A stretch of 64,000 bases of DNA from the human T2T-CHM13v2.0 reference genome, Homo sapiens (GCF_009914755.1 NC_060927.1), one strand, 5' to 3'. Positions 13,787-27,794 are shown, counted from the stretch's first letter. Numbers and translations: made by a program. The notes: generated by a model from the letters alone, not told the origin.

Positions 13787-14941
13787 CAGCACTGTCCAGT
13801 GGAAATGGAATGTGGACTATGAATGCAAGCTACCTATGCCATTTTAAATTTCCTAGTAGCCACAGTCAAAGAGGAAAAAGAAACAGACTACATTAATCTT
13901 AATAATACTTTTTGGTTTTTTGTTTTTTTCAGTTTGAGAGCAGGTACTGTTTATTAACTGGCTAGATTACAAAAAATAATTGTGGTAGGCATGTTTATTC
14001 TTCTAATAAGCCTGTTGATCTGGTCTTCCCTGTTGTCAGCATCTCCACCTTCTACAAAATTGGTGGTCTTTTTCTTCATTCTAACTTGTCGAGAGGATAA
14101 TTTGAAGGGCCACAGGAAGTTATTTGCTTCTTTAAGCATTTTCCAACAGTATAGATCTCATGAATCAGATCCTCCATGCAGATGAGGCCATATTTACCAA
14201 GAGATCGAGCAATCAAAGTATTATCTGTTGGAGCAAGTAGCTTCTTATTCATTTTGCTATAACCACATTTGTAGATTAGTTTATTTACTGACTTCAGATT
14301 TGGGTATGCCCATGCAATATATGGTTCTACAAACCTCAGCACATTATTGAAGCCCTGCTGAGCTTCACAAAGTTTCTATTGAAGATTTGATGAAGGCAAA
14401 GAAGTTGCAACACCTTTCAGACCTTTGGGCTCACCCAATTGATAACCTCCGATCCTGATGACAAACGCCAATTTGGGTTCTGCAGATACATAGAAGTTGC
14501 CAGCTTTTCTTGCCATCCTCGATATTTGAATTTCAGTTCTGTACATCTGCATATATTCCTTGTGATAGTGCTTTGCTTTTTCATAGATAAGCTTCCTCCT
14601 TGCCTTTAGAAGCATCTTTTGGGCAAACTTATTTCTCAGGCGCTTGATCTTCAGCTCTGTGAAATTCCTTCACTTTTTCTTAAGGGTTTCTGGCACAGCA
14701 GGAACCTTCTTCTTCTCTTCAACACCCTCCATGGTTCCAGCCGGAAAAGAGAGTTAACAATACTTTTTAACCCGGTACATCCAAAATCATTTCAGCATAT
14801 AACCTATTTGTAAAAAAACATCGAGACATCTTATAGTCTCTTTCACACAAATTCTTCAAAACCCAGTATTTACACAATTCAGACTAGTCCCATTTTAGGT
14901 CCTCAGTAGGTGGCTAGTGACTAGCTTAATAGATAGCACAG
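13787..14941 (+). mobile_element. MER33 (hAT-Charlie) split by the RPL7 retrocopy
   Basis: Left half ttttaaatttcctagtagccac...aaaaagaaacag; right half ttaacc...atccaaaat...gtggctagtg...gatagcacag; halves rejoin across the TSD. Confidence 0.8.
13914..14753 (-). pseudogene. RPL7: Processed pseudogene of 60S ribosomal protein L7 (uL30), full-length and disabled
   Basis: Intronless. 5' TOP-like CTCTCTTTTCC; ATG at 14732 reads MEGVEEKKKVPAVPETLKKK then TGA at codon 21 (14672-14670). Later frames carry RPL7 peptides ([59 protein letters not shown]) with frameshifts. AATAAA 13950-13955, A-tail, 15-bp TSD ttaa(t/c)aatacttttt. Symbol is the parent gene; possibly RPL7P16 (unverified). Confidence 0.96.
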
Positions 14942-15056
14942 GTGTATGCAGATAAGGCTGTCCTTATTTATATGGAAAAGTATATTCCTTTCTAAAAGAA
15001 AATGCCCCTCCTGAGTTAGGCAACTGGAAATGGTAATTCCTTTTCCTTAAAGTAAG

Positions 15057-15242
15057 CTTACCAGATAAAACACAAAACACCTACTTGAATTTGAATTTCA
15101 GATAAATAACAAATTATTTTTAGTATGACTATGTCCTAGTATTGCATGGAACATACTTATGCTATAAAAATTACTCAATGTTTATCTGAAATTCAAATAT
15201 AACTGGGCTTCCTGTATTTTTATTTGGTAAATCTAGCAACCT
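15057..15242. mobile_element. MER53 palindromic hAT MITE
   Basis: Arm atttgaatttcagataaa...tagtatgactatgtcc pairs with ggaacatacttatgcta...tttatctgaaattcaaat; end aaatctagcaacc. Confidence 0.85.
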
Positions 15243-15620
15243 CACCTGAATTCAACTCAAGTAAGAAATGGAGGGGGAGGAATAAAATATGGCAGCTGCT
15301 GAAGGCAGCAGCAGATGATGGTGCACCAGGAAGTCAGAGGCAGGCCTGCCACGAGAGCCACTGTAAGAACCACCATCATTAAGGTTGAGTAATGGAAGCA
15401 CCTGCCAGGAAGGCACACAGGCTGAGCAGCAGGTGTCACTGCCTCTCTGGAGCCTCTGCCTGTGCGCCTTGTTTTCTCTTTCTCTTTCCATGAATTTTAC
15501 AAAGATATCTGCACATCCTGTAAGTATACACATTTTGCAAGACCTTGGTGTTAACATGGCATCTGCAGCTTTACAATTTGCTATGGATTTTCCATGCTAA
15601 TAAAAATAAAATTTTTTAGG

Positions 15621-15952
<332 letters not shown>

Positions 15953-16169
15953 TCATGCCATGGGTGAAGAGATAGAAGTATTGAGTTTTGTCTATGCACT
16001 AGGTATTCTTTTGTGTGCTCCAAGTGAGAGGCGGGAGGCATGCCCAAAACATTTTCCTCAAATTCCTAAAAATTCCAAAACAGTAACCTAGTTAGAGCTA
16101 AGGGGCATAAGGATTACAGAACTTTTGAGAAAATGTTTTCTTCAGATGGCTAATGCTCTTGGCTAAGAT

Positions 16170-16284
16170 CCAGACAGTCTGATGCAGTAGGTCAGGGGTG
16201 GGGCCTGAGAATTTGCCAATTTTAACAGTTTCCCAGGTGATGTTAATACTGCCGGTCCAGGAAACATGCTTTGAAAACCACTGT
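16170..16284 (+). mobile_element. MER5A fragment
   Basis: cagtaggtcaggggtggggcctgagaatttgc...cccaggtgatg...tttgaaaaccactg. Confidence 0.75.
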
Positions 16285-18908
16285 TTTAGATTATGAGAGT
16301 GTTTCCATGGGAATATAAATAGCACTTGTTGAGACTTTTTGTTTTGTTCTATAGTTAGATTTTCCTCAAACTGAAAACTCAGAGAAGATAAACTGCTTCA
16401 GCAGTGATCCTGTGGGCCAGTGGCTTCCTTCTCATCAGCCCTGAATTTCCCCAGTCTATCCATCTGCCTCAGCCTCCAGCCAATCCTATGCTGGGTCATG
16501 GGAGGGTGACCCTAGCCAAACCTCAAGGCTACCATCACCCAGAAAGTTTTTTGTCTAGCCAGCTCAGTGGTAGTTAGGAGACCCACTTGGTAGCAAGGTC
16601 TTTGGGTCCCCAGAATGACTAGGTAGTTACTTTCCTGTCCAGGAGGAGGGAGCTCAGACATATTGGTCCCAGGCAAATGAGGAAGATGGAACTTTGTATC
16701 AGGGCAATAACAATAAGCCGCCACGAGATTTTCAGCATTTACCAAAGGCACTCTTCTGTTTAACATTTTCTGACTCAATACCTTATCTCTAGGCACCTTC
16801 CATCAGCCTTCCTTTCCAGCAGGCTTCTGGGAGGGCACATTGTTCTCCTCCCTCTTTTATGGATTTCCTTCCTTAGAGTTCTCTCCAAGACTTCCCGTTC
16901 CCCAGGCCCCCCTTGCCTATGCCATCCATCCAATAAGGACCAAACACTACCCATTTAAGGACTTTATGACTAAATTAGAGTTATAAAGAATGCCCACATC
17001 AAACATAAGGAAGCCCTAGAGGTTCAAAACACCTTACCACATTCTCCTAGACTTTGTCTCTCTTCTACTCCAAGAAGCCCAGTTACCCTTTCTCCTCTCT
17101 TTTATCCCCAAGGATACAGAACATCAACCACATCAGCCATCTTGTGCCCTGCGTGCTGAGAGGAGCTTTTCTTCCATGAAGATCCCTTGATGCAGAGCCC
17201 TTCATTTTGGTAAGAAAGAAAGTTTAGGGCAGATCAATAATGGTGACCTAGGAGGATATTGAGCTTCCCCTTTATCTCGAGTGAGAAACATTCCTCAGAG
17301 GAACTTAAAAAGGATCTTTGAGAACTAATAGAGAGGCAGCATGCTGGCTACAACAAAGACCTGATTTTCACTAAGTGTCTGCTTAGAATTTCACCCAGAG
17401 CTGTGGCTAGACAAACCCTAGCCTTGTCCCCAATTTATAGAAATAAACAAATTATTGTTAATAAACCTATGTTGCAAATTAAATAAATCTTAAAGTGCAA
17501 GCAATTATTTCCCTCTTACTATTCTTAATGGGGTCAGCTCATTTCCACGTGTAATAGCCAATGTCTGGAATCCATTTACCATTTGCTTTAGATGAAAATT
17601 TCTCTGGAAATCAAAACTAATATTCACTTTGTATATTCCTTCTCTTCTTTTGGAAGGGAAGTGACCAGGAAGTCTTCATGTGTCCTGACTTCTTCTTTCC
17701 CATTTCATTGTTCTAATAAACTAGTATTTCTCCTACTGTGGTCAGTGGGGCCACTTTCATAAGAAATACCTGGGATGGTTGTTAAAAATGCAAATTATTG
17801 GCCTCATCCCAAACATACTCAAGTGGAGTGGGGACTTGCCCAGAAAATCTCTTCTAACAGCTCCTTAGGTAATTCTTATGTTCACTAAATTTTGAGAGCC
17901 ACTGCAATAAGTACTGTTTATATTTACCCTACAAGTGTTTTAAAGGCACCAATGTCCCTAGAAGCCAGGGGTTTGACAAAACTACCCCCACTCTGGAGCT
18001 CCAGTTACTCTGCTGCTTTAATTATGGCCAAAAGCACAAATGTTATTCTAGGTGGGACTCAACATTGGGTCAAATAATGCTTCTTTGTTTTTTCCTGCTA
18101 TACTTTGCCCTTTATTATTTCTTCCCTACTTCCCTGTCTTAGCATGCCATTATCCCCAATTCATTTCATACTTATTATTCATAATTCAATCTTCATACAA
18201 TGACTTCTATGATTCTATGACACTGTGATTCTATGACATTAACTCAGCTGACATTTCTAATCCTGACAACCTAACTCATCCTCCAGGTTAACAACATCAG
18301 TGCTTGCAGTAAAGCTCACCCCTTTTCCTTAAGCCTGGAAACCACCTTGTTTATTCCTTTTTACAGCAGCCTGAGCTAAATTGATCCTTGTGAGTAAATC
18401 ACCCTAGGTCTTCATTTCTCCAATTACATTGCCATATTGCCCTTTCCCACACAAACTTGAAATACCAAGTTCCACCTTCAAGATAGAGATAGCTTATTAA
18501 GCCCTCCTTTGTACTGGCCACATACTATAAACACATTTCAATTATTATAACTATCTCACTGCAATGTAATATTTGTTTACCTCTTTGTTTCCCCTACTAG
18601 ATCTAAACTACTCCTAGGCAGGCATTCAATTAATTACTCTGCTGTCTCCAATATTTAGCCTAGTATCTGGCACAAAGTGGGCATTTAATATTAACATTGA
18701 GCTATACTACTCTCAAACTTTTATGGGCAAAGATGCTATGTCATTTAATGCTGCCCCATAAAATGCTGACTTCTTATGCCACTATTTATTCTCATAAATA
18801 TTATGACTATATATATGTAATACATGCAATAATGTTTACTATATACAGTGCATCTGAGCAATGAATTTAATATATGTTTTTCTTATGGCCAGACTGCTGG
18901 TAGTCTAA

Positions 18909-19101
18909 AGCAACACTGTCTCCTAGAGTTCTCATTAATGATGGTAATATTCTATGTCTACACTGTCCAGTATGGTAGCCACTACTTACATAGAGCTAAT
19001 GAGCTCTTAAAATGTGTCTGAGGAAGTGAATTTTTAATATTATTTTATTTTGATTGATATCACTGTAAACAGCCACATGTGGCTATAATATTTTAATGCT
19101 G
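18909..19101 (+). mobile_element. MER3 (hAT-Charlie)
   Basis: gatggtaatattctat...ctgtccagtatggtagccact...agccacatgtggcta. Confidence 0.75.
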
Positions 19102-19379
19102 TCATCCAGAAAGTACTAATGAACTCAACTGTGCTTCCTTCACTGTGGACAGAGCCTGGAAATCTAGTGTTTGCTCAGCAGTGGTATTCCCGGAGAGGCA
19201 GCAGATGGGAACAGTCAGCTGAGGTACAGAGAAGAATTTTATCACTGACATCATTTAGAATTGCTGGTGCTCAGTGATAACAAAGCAGACAAATTTTTTG
19301 TCTTATTACTGTTTTTAAGCTGTTTACAATGTGCCCACTCATTGCCTGCACCCACAGGGGACTGCTCCCACCAATACCA

Positions 19380-19612
19380 CCCTTGTTACACCACTATCTT
19401 TGGTCACTTTGTCTCTTCCTGCCCTCATGCCATGTTCCACTGAAGGTTTTTGACTCATGATGGATAACAAAAAGTTTGCAAGTAATTGTGCTGAAAGTGA
19501 TTCAAAAGTGGCGAGGAAGATTATCACACTGAGTATTAAAACACAACTTTTAAAGCAGCTCAAGATGCCTTCAAAGAAACGGCAGGGAAAACAGGGTCCC
19601 TGTCAAAAGTAG
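19380..19612 (+). mobile_element. Ancient Tigger-like remnant with the start of a transposase ORF
   Basis: ORF 19457-19612 (MMDNKK...ARKIITLSIKTQLLKQL...) resembles the Tigger/CENP-B N-terminal RK.ITL..K motif. Confidence 0.4.
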
Positions 19613-19726
19613 TCAGGGCATTACCACTGCAGCTTGGGAAGAATGACCAAAATTGAGGGAATCATAGCCTAAAAAACTTTGGCCTGAGGCATCTCCTAAC
19701 ATTAGGAGATTTTAAAAGAATTCAAG

Positions 19727-20056
<330 letters not shown>

Positions 20057-21539
20057 TCAGAGAGGTTATGTTCTGCTAACACCACCTCTTGCTCATTTTG
20101 CTCATTTGGTTGGTCTCCCAGTTCCAGGAAATCATCCCATGCCTAAACAAGGAATGCCTATACTTCTCTATCAACCAGCTACCTAAACCCTGAACACCGA
20201 TCTGGAAATGATAAACTATAATAAATCCAATGTATAGAAGCAATGGATATTGCCGGCTGGGTGGAAATTCAGTAGTAATATGGGTCTCATCTTCTATAGC
20301 AGCCTGTGTGCTTACAAATTGGCCTAGAACATAAGGCACTTTTTAATGTATAAGTCTATTTGTTCCCATGCAAATAAATTCATTATATATTTAAGGGAGA
20401 AAAGCTTACAATATATCATGTGCAATATAATCCTGATGTGTATGTGTGTATGTATGTGTGGTAGCCACTAACTACATAGTGTATCTGTATATGTGGTACA
20501 CATGGCACGTGTGTGAATATGTACTGTCTATACATAATCAGTGAACAAGATACAGAGGGTGGTAGAGAATGTAACCAAAAAGTAGCAGTCAGTATGTCCA
20601 TATAGTAAAATAACAAGTAGTTTGTTCCCAAATTCTATAATAAATGCAATCAAATAAGAAATGTTCTTGAAAAGCATAGAGCAAATAAGAAAAATTGTTA
20701 TTTTTAAATGTCAGTATATTCAAATCTGTTCGTTATCAAATATATCTTGTAGGTTACCACCTTATCTGACAGCTCTCAAATTCTCAGATTTAGGTACTAG
20801 TGTTTTGTTTGTCTGGCGTGATTTGGTTTCATTTGTAGAATTCACTCATATCTATCTGCCATGTACAGCTAAAAGTTGTTTGCCTTGGCCAGTATAAGGA
20901 TTTATGCTCACTTTTATCCTAAACAGCTTTTGGTCAATAATCGTTTGCCTAATCATGACAGTAAAGCCGTGGATTGGGTGCATTTCCTCTTTACACAACT
21001 GCTCAGGAATATTGCATTTTATTTAGGATGATCTGAAACCATGGTTCTCAAACCTTTTTGAATTCAAGGACAAGACAAACTCTCCATAGACACCTGCCTC
21101 ATCTATTTCTGCTCATCACTTTTAGAAACTGGACACTTGGCATTGCTTTCAGGTAGACACCAATAAGGTAAAAAGTTTTAAGAAACCATGTATCAAATTG
21201 CATTATAATTTTATCCACCAAACCAAAACATAGATACTGTCATAATACTAAATGCGATAGAGAGCTGCCTAAGATGGCCAGCTCAATGAATCTTGGGCAT
21301 CACCCACACACCACTGAAAATTCTGCTACTCTGGAGAGGGCCTGTGTTACAGGAGGGATGGATGGTAAGACCAGATACAGCCTATGCAGTAAATTGAGAT
21401 CTAATGCAAACAAAAACAGACCTTTGAATTTTAAATTAGATATAAAGTTGTTTCACCATATGAGCAATTCTAAGGCAATTAGAAACGGAGGCTGCCTGGT
21501 CGGATGGTTGGACTCGCAGAACAAAATAACCTCGACAAA

Positions 21540-21740
21540 CTAGAGCACTGAATGAGATAATCCTGGACATCTGGGTTGCGCTGCCAGCTCCTCCACTGAT
21601 TGGCTGTTTGCTTTGGGCAAGCTAGTCTCTGTCTGCGCCTTCGCTTCCTTAGCTAAAATGTAGCCATTACTGCCTAACTTTCAGATTTGTTGTGAATATC
21701 AAATGAGTGTACGTGAAAGTAGATATATAAGTTATTATGT
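21540..21740 (+). mobile_element. MIR SINE
   Basis: agagcactgaatg...ttgggcaag...ttcgcttcc...tgttgtgaatatcaaatgag. Confidence 0.6.
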
Positions 21741-22636
21741 TCAATGTTTATATTTCTTCGTTCATTCTCACAGAATTTGGGAAGGGAGGACAATTGAACA
21801 GGTATGCTCTGTCAGCCATCTTGAACAGGCAGATTCATTGTTAATATTATTATCGACAGGTAAGAAAAAATTTTGTGAAAAATGAGAGCTACCTATTCAG
21901 GCTTTTCCTAAGATGTAAATTATAGCTTGAGAGTCTTTTGAATCACCTACTGATTTGCCACTGCTGATCTGCTCTAAGTGAGCCTTCTAAACGCAGTAAG
22001 GAATTGACTCTAGACATCTTCCTAAAGGAAGAGATCAGGGGAAGATGGGGTGATGGACAAATGGAGCAAATGAAGGGAGGGGGAAACTGAGGAACAGCTT
22101 ATCTGCAGGATAAAAGTAGAAGATAACAAGGCTCGGGGCTCCTGAAGAGCCAGCCAAGAAGGGCAACCCAGACAACAGAGAAGGAAATCAGGACAAAAAT
22201 GTCTTACTACTTTAGTATTTGGGTTAGCCCTTGTCTATTTCCCTGGAGAAATGAGCAGTACAAACCTTCAGTTTCTACTGAAATAAATATAACTGAATTT
22301 AAATGTTTAGGTTTAAAACCTTAATTTACTACTAAAATAAAAGCAATGACAAAAATCTTTGTTCTCAAAGCAGCAGAGACCTGAGGGGTGCTGTTCAGCT
22401 CCACCAAGAGGAAGTCAGAGACAAGAAGTGTCTCCTGGCATGCAGAAAGGGGTAAACAGGACACCAGCATGCAGTGTGGGAGAGAAAAGAGTGTGAGAGT
22501 AATCCAGATTCAAATCCAGACCGTGCCACTTCCACATTATGAGATCTGGGGGTAGATACTGAAATAATCCAAGTCTTCACTCTATCACTGGCAAAAAAAA
22601 AAAAAAAAAGCGGGGGGTGGGTAACGATGATAACAC

Positions 22637-23008
22637 TGTTATGGGCTGAATTGTGTCCCCCCAAAAGTTCTTGTATTAAGGCCCTAACCCTCAGTACCTC
22701 TGAATGTGGCCTTTAAAGAGGTAATTAAGATGAAATGAGATCACTGAGGTGGGCCCTAATCTAATAGGACTGGTGTCCTTATAAGAAAAAGAGATTAGAA
22801 CACAGAAACACATAGAGGGAAGACCATGTGAAGACAGATGGGGAAAATGGCCATTTACAAGCCATGGAGAAAGGACTTCAGAAGAAACCAATCCCGCCGA
22901 TAGCTTGATCTTGAACTTCCAGCCTCCAGAACTGTGAAGAAATAAATTTCTGTTGCCAAAGCCACCCAGTCTGTGGTACTTTGTTATGGCAGACCCAGCA
23001 CTTTAATA
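22637..23008 (+). mobile_element. MLT1B solo LTR inserted in a MIR
   Basis: tgttatgggctgaattgtgtcccc...cttccagcctccagaactgtga...gccacccagtctgtggtactttgttatggcag; MIR resumes at gtgaggattaaatgag. Confidence 0.85.
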
Positions 23009-23407
23009 TCAATACCAATGTTACAGAGTGTTTGTGAGGATTAAATGAGAAAATATTAAAAAGCAAGAGAAAATAGACACTAAGTGGTTATCTTTCCATC
23101 CCTTTCCTGGTTAAAATGGTGCTCAATCTGCAAGTTGGCTATTTGGCCAGAAGAGGGTCAAATCAACAAGGGACCATGAGACAACAAAAGTTCAACCCAT
23201 GAGGCTCTGAACTCTAAAATCTATCATTGTTACAGATTCTGAGTAACCTAAGAAACACATTAGTGCAGAAACGATTTCATAAAAATATTATTTCCTACTT
23301 TCAGAAGTTATAATAGAATTTTTGTGACCCTCCAAACTGCTGGTTTTCTAAGGTCTCTCAAAAAAAAAGCTTATATATGCTATTTGTTTCTATAGATGAC
23401 TACCTGA

Positions 23408-23727
<320 letters not shown>

Positions 23728-23896
23728 GAAAAGTTCATATTTCATACCTATACCCAACTCTGTGACTCCAAAAGTAGAAGCAAGCCCGTCAACTGCCCAC
23801 TGTTTGGTCCTTCGAAGTAACTGAGTAGCCAAGAGTCTCACTTCTTAGTTACTGTGCATCGTACTTAACGATTCAGCAGGTTTTCCTCTCCTAAAG

Positions 23897-23938
23897 GCCA
23901 GTTCCCATAGACGTCCAATAGATGGCACTAGGTGGCTA
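23897..23938 (+). promoter_or_regulatory. Candidate CTCF site (core plus upstream motif)
   Basis: CGTCCAATAGATGGCACTA (23912-23930) preceded 5 nt upstream by GCCAGTTCCC; motif match only. Confidence 0.5.
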
Positions 23939-24779
23939 CAAGAAATAAAGTTTCTTTAAGGAAAAAAAAGAAACAAAAAACAAAAACTTTGTACTATAAA
24001 AATTTTCATACAAATAACAAAACTAGAGAGAATATAATGAACTTCCATGTACCCATCAGCCAGTATCAGCAGTTATCAACAAGTGGCCAATCATGTTTAC
24101 TTATCCTGCCCACTAGATTATTTTGAATGAAATCTCAGACATCTTAATGTCATCTATACATAATTTTTAATAATTTGATAAAAAGTAAGGGCAAGATGAG
24201 CACCTTGATCAGGCTATAATCTGTCAAAATTTTTATTTGTTTTTTTAAGTCTTGAAAGTTTAATTCACAAATAATTTTTTTAATGAGCAATTTATAGTGC
24301 TTCATTTCAGTGGCTCTTAAAGTACTGCAATTCATTGTTTTTTCTTCCTCACCAAACACCCCCTTTTAACTCCCAGCCCTTGTTTCTTCCACCTCTACCA
24401 TTTTCATATCCTCAGGCTCCTTAAGCGATCATAAAATAAAAACTTTACTTTTTTTTTTAACTGATTTTGTTTAGGCAACTTACAGTTTTGTCAAAGTTTT
24501 ATTACATATAGTTTTCCTGTTGTTTATAATGAGGAGCGTTAAGAAACAGGTCAGTGAAACAATTATATTTCCAACTAAACTATAGATTTTGTTCATGGGA
24601 AGTTTTTAGGTGAGTCTTGTGTTTAAAAACAACAATAATGATAATTTTTCATCCTAAGGGCATTATGATGTACTCTCCATAATTAACTGGGTTCTGACTC
24701 AATTTCACATTCACCACAAACCCTGACCACACATTCAGGCTAGAGAAGCAGGGGCTATAAAACAGCAGACCTCAAAGAG

Positions 24780-25230
24780 CAGCATGGGGTGGGAAGAAAC
24801 TGGACTTGGAGAAGATATGACTTGGGCCCTTGATCTGACCACCTATCACTACAGGACCTGGGACAAGTCACTTAGCCTCTCTATGCCTCAGTTTCCTCTT
24901 CTGCACTAAGGGAATAATAATACCTACTCAACTTATCTAACACAGTTATAGTAGAGATGGAGGGAGATGATTGTGAAAGCGCATTTCCATTCATAACATG
25001 CTGCACGCCCTCATGAAGTTAGGCAACATGGTGATGCAGAGCAGGGGTTCAGGTGTCAGACAGATCTGGATGTGAATCCTAGTGATGCGTGATCTTGGAC
25101 ATGTGGCTTTACCTTTATGAACCTGTTTCAAAACCTATAAAATAAGTATAATTACAGAACACGTGTCATGGAGTTATTTTACAGATTAAAAAACACCTGT
25201 AGGTAAAGCACTTAGCAGAGGGCTTGATGT
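24780..25230 (+). mobile_element. Two MIR SINEs
   Basis: gacctgggacaagtcacttagcctctctatgcctcagtttcctc; second copy tgtgaatcctag...gtaaagcacttagcaga. Confidence 0.7.
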
Positions 25231-26849
25231 ATTTCTAGGATAAAGAACCTCAGAATTACAGAAGCCAAATGGACTTTGGAGAATGTTTCTTAAGAGAACC
25301 CTTTAGGGCTGCTCATTCAAGCTTATCTCTGTTTCCTGGCATCAAACTCACCCCCGAGCTTCCTTAAACTTAACTGGCTCCTTGGCCCAATGTGGCCTTC
25401 CTGGGGTCCTTTAGACCAGGCCTCACCTCCTTGATGGAGGTTTTAATTAGAGCTGTACTTCTGGAGCTAAAACAAAGACAAACTGAGCTCCTGGGATGAA
25501 GGTCAGGGAATTCATGTTCTTTCCTCAGCCTTCTTGTTATCCCATGGGTAACTTCATGCAGTCACGTCCAGATGTTGCTTAAGGAAAATGGCTATTGCTG
25601 CTGTGCCACAGACAGTGGTGAGTTATGATGCCAAAATGCAGTGACTCACTTGCTTCCTAATACCATTCACCTACATGCTGCTTTATCCATCTCTAGAGAG
25701 GCTACAGCTGCGTGACTGGGGGTTTCCCCAAGCAATTTGCCTCCTCAGTCTCAAGTGGGAGGAACGTGGGAAGAAGCAGATGCCTTAGAATAAGTCTGGT
25801 CTCCATTCTCACAAAAGTCTGTGGGATTCGCAGTAAGGGAATTAACATCAATCTGATCTTATTATCTCATCTGCCATTTTAAAATCAGCTTCCCACTCAA
25901 GTGTGATATTTTATACTGTTGATTCTCTTAAAATTGGGATCTTAACAAAGAAAAGCTTGCAACAGATGCATGACTACTGCTCAAATCATCGCTGAGGCAC
26001 TTAGAGACCCAGAAAAGATCTTATGTTTGGCTTGCAGTGTTTCTAAGAGCAGTGGAATGAGGGAGGGTTTCTTTGCATATTTCCTGTGTAAACAAACTTA
26101 CACCAGTAAACACAGCCACCTTCTCATCTTCTGTGACAGCAGCCAAAACTATTAGCCACAGCCAGGGCTTTTGATATTCATACAAAACCTAAATGTGACA
26201 TGTAAACAGGAAGAGAGAGATATAGAGAGGTAATTACCCTCTTATAAGGAGAGGAAAGATGGAAAGGTGGTCACCAGGGATAGCATCTCTCTCCCACTCA
26301 CAGAAGAAACCCTAGCATTTCCCAAACCTATCTGACCAAATGATTCAGTAAGTTAATAAATTACATAATAAATGACAAATGATACAGCATGTTAACACCG
26401 AGAGGGGACTCCTTGGTAAAAATAAATAAATAAATTCAAGAAATATTGGATTAAAGAAGTCACTTTACTGCAAGATTTATCAGAGTCTCTAGTATATGTG
26501 CCTTATAACACTCTAAGAAAGCCAAGTGTGTCTGAAGCATTTCCTAAATATATTTTACCATGAAACCCTTTACGTATAGATTATGTAAGAAATGGGGAAA
26601 AGTTCCCTAGACCTATATGGTTTGAAATCCTGTATGTTCAAAGGGTTGCATTATCCCACAGTAGGTAAAGATCCAAACATGGAAATAAGCAAACCTGTTT
26701 TAGGTGAAAGAGTTTGCATTCTGGATCTACTAATTGCTAGCTAAGTGCCTCTTGGCGCTTGTTCCTTTGAAACACACACTGTCATGAACTTGCCATCCCT
26801 CTCAGCCTCAAACTCCAGTTGCCATTAAAGGCAGTAGTCTATAACCATC

Positions 26850-27264
26850 TGTTATGGGTTGAATTGTGTCCCTCTAAATTCATGTGTAGAAGTACTAACC
26901 TTCAGTACCTAAGAATGTGACACTATTTGGAGACAGGGCCTTTACAGAGGAAATCAAGTAAAAATATAATTAGGGTGGGGTCTAAACCAATGTGACTCTC
27001 CTCCTCATAAAAAAGGAAAATTTGAATACAGAGACATGCTTAGAGGAAAGACAATGTGAATTGAAAAAGAGAAGACGGCCATCTACAAGCCAAGGAGAGA
27101 GTCCCGGAACAGATCCTTCCCTCACAGTTCTCAGAAGGAACCAAACCTGTCGATAACTTGATCTTGGACTTCCAGCCTCCAGAATTGTGAAGACAATAAA
27201 TTTCTGTTATTTAAGCCACCCAATGTGTGGCACTTTGTTACTGCAGCTCTAGCAAACTAATGTA
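26850..27264 (+). mobile_element. MLT1B solo LTR
   Basis: tgttatgggttgaattgtgtccct...ctagcaaactaat; 5-bp TSD ccatc/gcatc. Confidence 0.88.
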
Positions 27265-27294
27265 GCATCTTTACAATCAGCTTTCACTGCATCT

Positions 27295-27790
27295 ATTTAT
27301 TCATCAAATACTTATTGAAAGCTTGCTAATTCCCAAGACTGTTCTGGGTGCTACAAACACAATGGTGAACAACTACAGGCATCTTCCCTGCCATTATGGA
27401 TCTTACAGTCTAACAAGGAACACAGATGTAAAATCAAATAATCACTTACGAATGTAAAATTACTAATAGTAAAAGAAAATAACTAAAAAGAGACAATGAG
27501 GATGCTAAATCATTCACATAAGCAGGTGCCTGACCTCATCTGGGGTGTCAAGAAAACTTCCTTGTGTCAATGACACATGAGCTGGGACTTGAAAGATTAG
27601 CAGGAATTGGTAAAGTGAAAGGAGGATGTGAAAAGTGTTCCCAGCAGAGGGAGCAGCACATTCAGGGATAAGAGGGGAAGCTGAAGTGGGTGAAAGGAAG
27701 GCAGGGGGATTGAAGTCATCAAGGCCACAGATCACCTCTCAAGCAAGTCCTTGCAATCCAATTTTAGAATGTAGAAATTTATCTTAAGAC
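27295..27790 (-). mobile_element. L2 3' end
   Basis: ttcatcaaatacttattga...ctgttctgggtgct...cttacagtcta. Confidence 0.7.
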
Positions 27791-27794
27791 ACCC

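Noticed and set aside
15250-15600. Unique GC-richer stretch with short ORFs as a possible exon
   Set aside because: No recognisable protein similarity and no convincing splice-site pair could be assigned by eye.
19691-19710. Short hairpins ATCTCCTAA-ca-TTAGGAGAT and ATAGCTCAGA-ctgc-TCTGAGCTAT (57955-57978)
   Set aside because: A 9-bp stem can arise by chance in 64 kb, and the second appears to be a normal part of its LTR family.
27641-27654. CTCF-like CCAGCAGAGGGAGC
   Set aside because: It lies within L2 sequence that naturally resembles this motif, mismatches the GGC position and has no upstream motif.
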